This document shows positions 8,807-15,914 of a stretch of DNA of 31,416 bases, in pieces. Below the pieces are notes generated by a model. The model was not told the DNA's origin and ran no database searches. It saw nothing but the letters and a program-made list of their open reading frames with translations. Made by a program: the position numbers and the translations under genes. The number at the start of each line of letters is the position of its first letter. Position 1 is the stretch's first letter. Source of the stretch: Planctomycetota bacterium (GTDB lineage Bacteria > Planctomycetota > Phycisphaerae > Phycisphaerales > SM1A02); contig QWPU01000001.1 of the NCBI GenBank assembly GCA_003671065.1, positions 1 to 31,416 on the forward strand, read 5' to 3'.

Positions 8807-10264
8807 TTACGCGCCGCGCACGGTCAGCGCCATCAACTTGTTGACATTCGGCGCCGTGTCAATGGCCATGATCTCCGCGCGCAACGCCTCGCACTGCGCA
8901 CGACCAAGCACTGAGTCTCCGAGCGCGTGGAACTTCACAGCGATCTCGTCGACCGTCATCGGATCGCGCGGATCACCCTTGGGCACATCGACGCGCACGC
9001 AATATTGCTTGCCGTTCTTGAGCGTGATCGTCACGCGGCTTGGTTGAAATTTCGGGAAGAGTTTCTCGAACTCATCGTTGGGAACGACCTTCACCATGTC
9101 CATGATGGGAATGAGCGCCTTGTCCATCACGCGTTCTTCTTTGAACTGCAGCGGTGTGACCATGCCATCGACCATGCCTGCCGCCATGCAATAAGGCAAC
9201 GAGTGATCGGCGGTTTCTTTGCTGTCGGGACGATACTTGTGCGGATCGCCAAGAATGTCGGCAGCGCGCGCGATCACTTCGACCTTGATCTCGGTGACAT
9301 CATTCACATGCACATTGCCTTCAGCGCGCGCTTTGAACATCGCTGTCAATGGCGCGTGCGAAAGCGCTTCGACGGGGAAGCTCTTCATGCCGCAATCGAG
9401 AATGCGCCAGTGGCACTTCGACGAAGTAGGTAACGCATCGAGCAACATGTTCACATCAAACCGCGCTGGCTCACCCTTGTACTGCACATGGGAAAACACC
9501 GCGAAAAGCCCCTCTTTACCGTCGAATATGTGCTCGGGTCCCGAGTAGCCACGCTGTGCAAGCAACGCACTTTCAACACCCATTCGCGTCGCCCACGGAT
9601 CAACCGTGTTCTTCATGTTGGTGAGTTTGCCCGCAGTCACGGCTCCTGGCGAGAAGGTACGCGCGGCACTGATGCCGATCGCGTTCACCATTTGCTCAAC
9701 GGTGAGGTTGAGCATGCGACCGGCGGCGATTGGTGCTGCAAACGCGGTGAGCGTTGCGTGATGCCAACCGTACTCGCGAATACCTGGGAGACCGAACTCG
9801 CACAGACGCATTTCGATTTCATACGCAATCGCGGTTCCGAGCAACAAGTCTTTGCCGCTGAGCCCGAGCATTTCAGCAAGCGCGAGAGGTCCCGCGATGA
9901 TGTCGCTTGGATGGCATGGATCCGCCTTCCAATAGATGTCGTTGTAATCCATCGCGCGAATCATGTGATTGTTCAAGAACGACGCATCAACAGCATTCGT
10001 CTTAAAACCAGTCACAAACGATGTGCATGGACCGTGACCTTTGTCACCTTGTGCGGTCATCGCTCGATAGTGTGCGAGCAAGATGTGAGCATCTTCTTGA
10101 CCGCTACCACCAATCGCGCAGCCGATCGAGTCAAACCAGAATCGCTTGCACGCGTCGATGGCGGCGGGCGAAAGTGATTCTGGAGTCAACGCGCACGCCC
10201 ATTCGGCGAGTGTGCGAGAGAGGTGCTTGACGGATGGCTTCTTGGTTTCGGTGGTAGCGGACAT
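8807..10264 (-). CDS. prpD: MmgE/PrpD family dehydratase (2-methylcitrate dehydratase-like)
   Basis: Motifs DSIGCAIGG, RAMDYNDIY, CHPSD, LAYE-like IAYEI, GWHH, GLF, KSFP and ETADHSLPY. Start at ATG 10264 with AGGA upstream. The symbol denotes the family; substrate is uncertain. Confidence 0.88.
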   Translation of the reverse strand: MSATTETKKPSVKHLSRTLAEWACALTPESLSPAAIDACKRFWFDSIGCAIGGSGQEDAHILLAHYRAMTAQGDKGHGPCTSFVTGFKTNAVDASFLNNHMIRAMDYNDIYWKADPCHPSDIIAGPLALAEMLGLSGKDLLLGTAIAYEIEMRLCEFGLPGIREYGWHHATLTAFAAPIAAGRMLNLTVEQMVNAIGISAARTFSPGAVTAGKLTNMKNTVDPWATRMGVESALLAQRGYSGPEHIFDGKEGLFAVFSHVQYKGEPARFDVNMLLDALPTSSKCHWRILDCGMKSFPVEALSHAPLTAMFKARAEGNVHVNDVTEIKVEVIARAADILGDPHKYRPDSKETADHSLPYCMAAGMVDGMVTPLQFKEERVMDKALIPIMDMVKVVPNDEFEKLFPKFQPSRVTITLKNGKQYCVRVDVPKGDPRDPMTVDEIAVKFHALGDSVLGRAQCEALRAEIMAIDTAPNVNKLMALTVRGA

Positions 10265-10322
10265 TGATTGATTCCTACACGAGATTTTGACAACGGCTTC
10301 AGAACACATCACTTCTCACGCA

Positions 10323-11477
10323 CTACTTCGCGACATACTTCGCAACTGCGCGACCGACATCAAGCGTCGTGTCTTTGCCACCCATGTCGTAGGTCTTCAC
10401 TTTGCCTTCTTCGATGACGCGCACAATCGCGGACTCAAGCGCGGCGGCGCGCTCGGTTTCGCCGAGCCACTCAAGCATCATGCGCGCGGTCAGCAACATC
10501 GCGTGCGGATTCACCTTGTATTGCCCTGCATACTTCGGCGCGCTGCCGTGAGTCGGTTCGAACACCGCATAGGTGTCACCGATGTTTGCGCTCGGTGCAA
10601 AGCCAAGTCCACCGATGATGCCTGCGCACAGATCGCTCACGATGTCGCCGAACATATTCTCGGCGACGATCACTGAGTACTCCTGCGGATTCTTAAACAT
10701 CCACATGCAGATCGCATCAATGTTCGCTTCGTCAGCCCAGATGTCTGGATATTCAGTTGCGATCTCGCGGAAGAGACGCGTCATCATGCCGCCTGTGGCG
10801 CGCAAGACATTCGGCTTCTCGACGAGCGTCACACGCTTGCGACCGTTCTTCTTCGCGAACTCAAATGCTTGACGCAGAATGTTCGTGCAACCAGCCTTGC
10901 TCACAATGCGCGTTGAAAGCGCGATGTTTTCCAGTCCTTTCGCTTTCCACGGCTTCATCTTCGGATTGAGGCAGAGCGCGTCGTACACAGCTTCGGGCAG
11001 CGGGTTGAACTCAACACCGCCGTACATGCCTTCAGTGTTTTCACGGAAGACCACGATGTCACACATGACATCAGCGGCCGTTGGATTGGCCAAACGCGTG
11101 CCGCGATAATTGAGCGGATTGCCTTTGTATGTCTTGCATGGACGCAGATTCGTGTGCAGATTAAACATCTGACGCAGTTGCACGATCGGCGAGAAGTAGA
11201 CGAGGTTCTTCGAGCGCAGCGCAGGATCGAGTTCGAGCAGCGCGTCATCTTGCGGCTTGCTGGTGATCGCGCCGAAGAGACCGCAGTGCGTGCGCTTGAG
11301 CACTTCAATCGTGCGATCAGGCAGCGGATTGCCTTCTTTGCACCAGAACTCCCAACCGATGTCGCAGTGGATGTATGTGGCATCGAGCTTCATCGCATCG
11401 AGCACGATGCGCGTTGCTTCCATCACATCGTTACCGATTCCGTCTCCTGGCATCCACGCGATTTGGTGCTTGGTCAT
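10323..11477 (-). CDS. Isocitrate/isopropylmalate/homoisocitrate dehydrogenase family beta-decarboxylating dehydrogenase
   Basis: Motifs PGDGIG, LRQ...NLRP, FRENTEGMY, KPNVL, IDAICM, NMFGDIVSD, GLGFAPSAN and FEPTHGSAPKYAG. Start at ATG 11477 with AGGAG RBS. Confidence 0.92.
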   Translation of the reverse strand: MTKHQIAWMPGDGIGNDVMEATRIVLDAMKLDATYIHCDIGWEFWCKEGNPLPDRTIEVLKRTHCGLFGAITSKPQDDALLELDPALRSKNLVYFSPIVQLRQMFNLHTNLRPCKTYKGNPLNYRGTRLANPTAADVMCDIVVFRENTEGMYGGVEFNPLPEAVYDALCLNPKMKPWKAKGLENIALSTRIVSKAGCTNILRQAFEFAKKNGRKRVTLVEKPNVLRATGGMMTRLFREIATEYPDIWADEANIDAICMWMFKNPQEYSVIVAENMFGDIVSDLCAGIIGGLGFAPSANIGDTYAVFEPTHGSAPKYAGQYKVNPHAMLLTARMMLEWLGETERAAALESAIVRVIEEGKVKTYDMGGKDTTLDVGRAVAKYVAK

Positions 11478-11591
11478 TGTAAATCTCCTGCGAGTAGTTA
11501 TGAAGCGCCGCCATGCGACGCCGAAGTAGGTGCGAAAGTCTAATGAAACCGCTGCGCCGAGGTTGCCCTCAACTCGGTCGAGGAAACACAA

Positions 11592-13583
11592 TCATGCAGG
11601 TTTGAGCGCGGCGAGTCGCTTCTGAATCAATGCTTCTGCCCCACCAGCCACGATGAGTTCCTGCGCGACGGGCGAGAGCGGCGTGAAGCCGAATTCGCGA
11701 TCCGACCACGCGAGGCGGCCAGTTGCGAAGTCGATTGATAGGTCGCCGAGATTGACAGTTTTAGCAGGAGCACTCGAACGCACCTTCGCGCGCATCGCGT
11801 CAACGAGTTCAGGTGCTTCGAAACAGAGGAATCCATTGTTGAAAGCGTTGCGCTTATACGTTTCGCTGAAGCTGCCTGCGATGACACAAGGCACGCCGAA
11901 ATACTTGAGCGCTGTTGCGGCTTGCTCGCGACTCGAGCCCGTGCCGAAGTTGTAGCCACCGATGACGATGTCGCCTGCGTGCGCGGTTGTGCGAAAATCT
12001 GCGTCGTAGTTTTCAAACACGACCGCAGCCATTTCACTCGGCGTGAGTTTGTCGTTGTAGGTGTGCTTGCCTGCGAAGATGCCGTCGGTGTTGAGGTTGT
12101 CGCGATCCATGAATCGCGCAGAACCACGGAGTTTCTCAGGGAATCCAGCGATGATCTGCGCGCTCGCTGCGGGACGCGGCGCGCTAGTCATTCGCGTGAA
12201 ACTCATCGTCGGCTTGATGTTCGCAAATGGTGTCGGTGCGCAGATGTAGCCCGCGAGCGCACTTGCAGCGACCACTGCAGGCGAACCGAGATACACCAGT
12301 CCTTCACGGTCACCCATGCGTCCTTCGAAGTTGCGGTTGGTCGACGAGATGCCGACTTCGCCTTTCTTGATCAGCCCTTCGCCGAGACCGATGCATGTGC
12401 CGCATCCTGCTGGAAGCGTTGTCGCGCCGCAGTCAATGAGCGCTTGCCAGTGACCGAGTCGTTGCGCTTCCGCGCGCACTTCGCTGCTTGCGGGAGCAAC
12501 GAAAAACTCGACACCACTCGCGACCCGTTTGCCGCGCACGATGTCCGCTGCAGCCGCAAGATCTTCAAGTCGCGCGTTCACGCATGACATGAGCCACGCC
12601 TTCTGAATCGCAATCTGCTTCACTTCGATCTCAGGCAAACTCGACATCGCCTTCACTTCATTAGGCCCCGACACATGCGGCACAACCGTGCTCACATCGA
12701 GCGTCAATTCTGCGGCGTAGCGTGCATCAGAATCCGCGGCGTAACTCGCGCGTTCATTCCACCAACGCGCCACATCATCATGCGTGTAACTGCCGCGTGA
12801 ACCCGCGCGTCGTTCGCCTGGTCGTGAAGCCTTCGCAAAGACTTCTGCTCGTGAATCGAGATATTCGCGCAGCACTGCATCAAACGGAAACAAACCCGCA
12901 AGCGCGCCCCACTCAGTCGTCATGTTCGAAATCGACATGCGGCTTCCCATCGAAAGACTCGCAACACCTTCGCCCACAAACTCAACCGCGTGATTGAGCA
13001 CTTCATCGTTCTTGAACAAACCACAGAGCGCGACAATCACATCTTTGCCAACGACACCAGGCATGAGCCGACCAGTGAGCGTCACGCGCGCCACTGGCGG
13101 CACTTGCCACCATGTCGTGCCCGTCGCCCAAATGCTCGCCGCATCCGTGCGCACAACGGGAGTTCCAAGTGCACACAACGCGCCATACATATTCGAGTGC
13201 GAATCACTGCCGACCACCATCGCGCCTGGCACCACATAACCCTGCTCGACCATCACTTGATGCGAGATGCCTGTGCCCGCGGGATAGAAGTCGACACCGT
13301 GTTCTGCTGCAAACATGCCGATTTTTGCATACTTTCCAAGATTGTCGGCCGTGACATTTTGGATGTCGTGGTCAATCGCAAACACCGCTTGATTCGGATC
13401 GAAGATGCGCGTGGCACCAATCGACTTGAACTTAGGAATCACCGCGCCCGTGTTGTCGTGCGTCATGATGTGCTTGGGGCGGATCATCACGAACTCGCCC
13501 TGACGCACGATGGCGCCCTGCGCTAGCCCATCAGTCCAGCGCGCGGCGATCTTCTCAACGAGTGTGAGTGCATGAGTCGTCAT
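11592..13583 (-). CDS. lysF: Single-chain homoaconitase-like hydratase (fungal Lys4/LysF type; aconitase large and swivel domains fused)
   Basis: Motifs TLVEKI, THDN, DHD, GISHQ, GSDSHS, GTPVVRTDAASIWATGTTWWQVPPV and NMTTEWGAL. Fe-S cysteines in SCVN and GCGTCIG. STNRNFEGRMG. Swivel domain NLNTDGI and NFGTGSSREQA. Motif wording matches fungal Lys4 as I recall it. Confidence 0.85.
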   Translation of the reverse strand: MTTHALTLVEKIAARWTDGLAQGAIVRQGEFVMIRPKHIMTHDNTGAVIPKFKSIGATRIFDPNQAVFAIDHDIQNVTADNLGKYAKIGMFAAEHGVDFYPAGTGISHQVMVEQGYVVPGAMVVGSDSHSNMYGALCALGTPVVRTDAASIWATGTTWWQVPPVARVTLTGRLMPGVVGKDVIVALCGLFKNDEVLNHAVEFVGEGVASLSMGSRMSISNMTTEWGALAGLFPFDAVLREYLDSRAEVFAKASRPGERRAGSRGSYTHDDVARWWNERASYAADSDARYAAELTLDVSTVVPHVSGPNEVKAMSSLPEIEVKQIAIQKAWLMSCVNARLEDLAAAADIVRGKRVASGVEFFVAPASSEVRAEAQRLGHWQALIDCGATTLPAGCGTCIGLGEGLIKKGEVGISSTNRNFEGRMGDREGLVYLGSPAVVAASALAGYICAPTPFANIKPTMSFTRMTSAPRPAASAQIIAGFPEKLRGSARFMDRDNLNTDGIFAGKHTYNDKLTPSEMAAVVFENYDADFRTTAHAGDIVIGGYNFGTGSSREQAATALKYFGVPCVIAGSFSETYKRNAFNNGFLCFEAPELVDAMRAKVRSSAPAKTVNLGDLSIDFATGRLAWSDREFGFTPLSPVAQELIVAGGAEALIQKRLAALKPA

Positions 13584-13598
13584 GAGTGGTGCTTTCAA

Positions 13599-14189
13599 TT
13601 ACTTCTTGCTTGCAGCGCGCTTCCCCAGCCACTTGGCGATGTCGAAATCCACGAAGTCAGCGTGGTGGAAGATGATCGACTCGATGCTGCGTTCAACTTT
13701 GTCGCCTTCGTGACTGTGCGTGGCAATGATGTGCATGACATCTGCAGGAACTCCGTGCTTGTAAGCCATTGCGACACCACTGAACGGATGACGCAGCGCT
13801 TCGCCGAAGGAACCCTTGATGATGTCTCCTGCTGCATTCTTATCGAATTCCAGCGGTTTTCCACAGTCGGCGAGCAAGGCGCCCGCGATCAGGTAATCGC
13901 GATTGATAGGAATGTCGCAAGTGAAAGCCGATTCAAGCACATCCGCAATCGCAATGCACTGACGCGCGCATGAGTTCAAGTGCTCGACGAATGTCATCTC
14001 GATATCGCCCGCAAGCAGCGTGAACTTCACGGCGCGCAACTCATCGACTGTCCAGCCTTTGCCGCCACAGCCCGTGTTGATGGCTTCGTTCCACACGGCT
14101 GCAACTCGATCGCGCAGTGATGCGTCCTTGATGTCCATGAGGTTGGGGAAAATCGCGGCGATGTCGGCGGTGGTAAAGGTCTTAGGCAT
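13599..14189 (-). CDS. HD-superfamily (HDIG-like) putative metalloprotein with an AD in place of the HD motif
   Basis: Motifs FVEH, IAGALLADCGK, LRHPFSG, IATHSHEGD and FHHADF. Start at ATG 14189; the ORF track starts at 14201. Confidence 0.75.
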   Translation of the reverse strand: MPKTFTTADIAAIFPNLMDIKDASLRDRVAAVWNEAINTGCGGKGWTVDELRAVKFTLLAGDIEMTFVEHLNSCARQCIAIADVLESAFTCDIPINRDYLIAGALLADCGKPLEFDKNAAGDIIKGSFGEALRHPFSGVAMAYKHGVPADVMHIIATHSHEGDKVERSIESIIFHHADFVDFDIAKWLGKRAASKK

Positions 14190-14213
14190 GGTGTGGTTCA
14201 AGATGAAAGAAAC

Positions 14214-15914
14214 TCAGGCGTTGATGGGTCCGTCGTACGCGTGCTTCACAGGATCGATGCGGCGCATTGGCTTCTCGCGCGTTTGTTCTTCGACGACATG
14301 CGCAACAAGTCCTGGCGTTCGCGCAATCATGAAGATGCCGTTGAAGAGCGCAGGATCAAGCCCAACATCAGCGAGAATCGCACCGATCGCGCCATCGACA
14401 TTGATCGGAAGCGGCTTGCCCGTTGCAGCAAACGCAGCTTCAAGCGCGCGCGCGGCAGCGATGTGAGCGCCGTTGATACCTGCAAGCGCGGCGAGTTCAA
14501 AGAGTCGCGGCGTGCGCGGATCTTTAGTGTGAATGCGATGACCAAAGCCGCTGAAGCGTTCGCCTCGCGCTTTGAACTCCATCATCGTTGCGTTTGCAGC
14601 CGCATCAATTGTGATGCGCTCACTCGACGCGCGCGCGATCAGTGCTGCAAGTTGGCGCGCGCAATCTTCGATCGCACCACCGTGATGACGATTGATCGAC
14701 ATGATGCCCGCAGCAACGCTCGCCCCGAGTGACGCGCCTGTCGAAGCGACGGTGCGCGCAGCAAGGCATGACGGCGGCGTCGCTCCGTGATCAATGCTCG
14801 CAACCAAAATCGCATCCATCAATCGCCCCACGCGTTCATCAGGCAGCGCGCCTGTGAGAATCAGATACACCGCGGCGCCAAAGGATGTGTTGCCCATGAG
14901 GTCTGCGATGTTGTGCCCGCGCACCGCAACATTGTTCGGCGCAATACGCGTGACGGCGGTCGTCCACACTGCTTCTCGTTCAGCCTGCGTCATAAGACTC
15001 TTTCCACCAAGTCGTTTGAGCACTTCAACAGTCGCGCTCGCGAGATCGCCAAACGCCTCAACCACCGTTGCGCCCGCTTCACGCAATGCCAGCACTTTGC
15101 CTGCGTGTGTACCGCGTCCACCTTCGATGATCGCGCCTGCGTGACTGAAGCGAGTGCCTTCTTTTGCAGCCTTTCCGCCGATGTATGCGATGACTGGCTT
15201 TGTCACACGCTTGCTTCGAATGAGCTCAGCGAGTTCTTCTTCTTGCGATGAACCGATTTCACCAAACACAACAATCGCTTCAGTTTGCGCGTCCGCTTCA
15301 AAGCGCAACGCTGCCTCGGGAATGCGAATGCCAAGCACCGCATCGCCGCCGACATGCACGATGGTGCTGATGCGCACGCCTTCTTGACCGAGGTAATAGC
15401 CCGTTGAACTACTCATGCCACCTGAACGACTCACGATGCCAACACCAGTTGGTAGCGGTGGCTTGAACCACTGGCGCGCGCTCTCTGCGCGTCCACCGAG
15501 CATGCCTGCAACAGCGCGACCTGGACTCAACACACCGAGCGTGTTCGGACCAAGAAACTCAGCGCCCTTCTCGGCTGCGCGCTCGGCAATCGCCATCGCG
15601 TCCCACACAGGCACGCGATCCGCAACAAGCACAACGAGCTTGACGCCCGCATCAATCGCTTCGATCGCAGCTTCGCGCACCATCTTTGCGGGCACGAACA
15701 GCACGCTCACATCAATAGCGCCGACGCTCTTGATTGCGTCAGAAACCGTATGAAACACAGGGATTCCAAGCACTTCGCCGCCGCCGCGACCTGGCGTCAC
15801 GCCTGCAACGACATTGGTTCCATAGTCAAGCATGAGACTCGTGCGCGCTTGACCTTCACGACCAGTGATGCCTTGCACACACACGCGCTTTGTTCGATCG
15901 ATGAGAATGCTCAT
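14214..15914 (-). CDS. Succinyl-CoA-synthetase alpha-like subunit fused to a citryl-CoA lyase (citrate synthase fold) domain; ACL subunit A-like
   Basis: N-terminal about 300 aa: VQGITGREG, GVTPGRGG, LGPNTLG, SRSGG, HVGGD, GEIG and the phospho-His motif FSHAGAI. C-terminal about 260 aa: IDHG, HHGGA, GFGHR, DPR, NVDG and ARTPGLVAH. Confidence 0.9.
   Translation of the reverse strand: MSILIDRTKRVCVQGITGREGQARTSLMLDYGTNVVAGVTPGRGGGEVLGIPVFHTVSDAIKSVGAIDVSVLFVPAKMVREAAIEAIDAGVKLVVLVADRVPVWDAMAIAERAAEKGAEFLGPNTLGVLSPGRAVAGMLGGRAESARQWFKPPLPTGVGIVSRSGGMSSSTGYYLGQEGVRISTIVHVGGDAVLGIRIPEAALRFEADAQTEAIVVFGEIGSSQEEELAELIRSKRVTKPVIAYIGGKAAKEGTRFSHAGAIIEGGRGTHAGKVLALREAGATVVEAFGDLASATVEVLKRLGGKSLMTQAEREAVWTTAVTRIAPNNVAVRGHNIADLMGNTSFGAAVYLILTGALPDERVGRLMDAILVASIDHGATPPSCLAARTVASTGASLGASVAAGIMSINRHHGGAIEDCARQLAALIARASSERITIDAAANATMMEFKARGERFSGFGHRIHTKDPRTPRLFELAALAGINGAHIAAARALEAAFAATGKPLPINVDGAIGAILADVGLDPALFNGIFMIARTPGLVAHVVEEQTREKPMRRIDPVKHAYDGPINA

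Noticed and set aside
11478-11591. 114-bp gap inside the operon with a small hairpin (CCGAGGTTG-CCCT-CAACTCGG)
   Set aside because: The stem is short and bulged, has no U-tract, and matches no ncRNA motif I recognise. It is not enough to call a feature.
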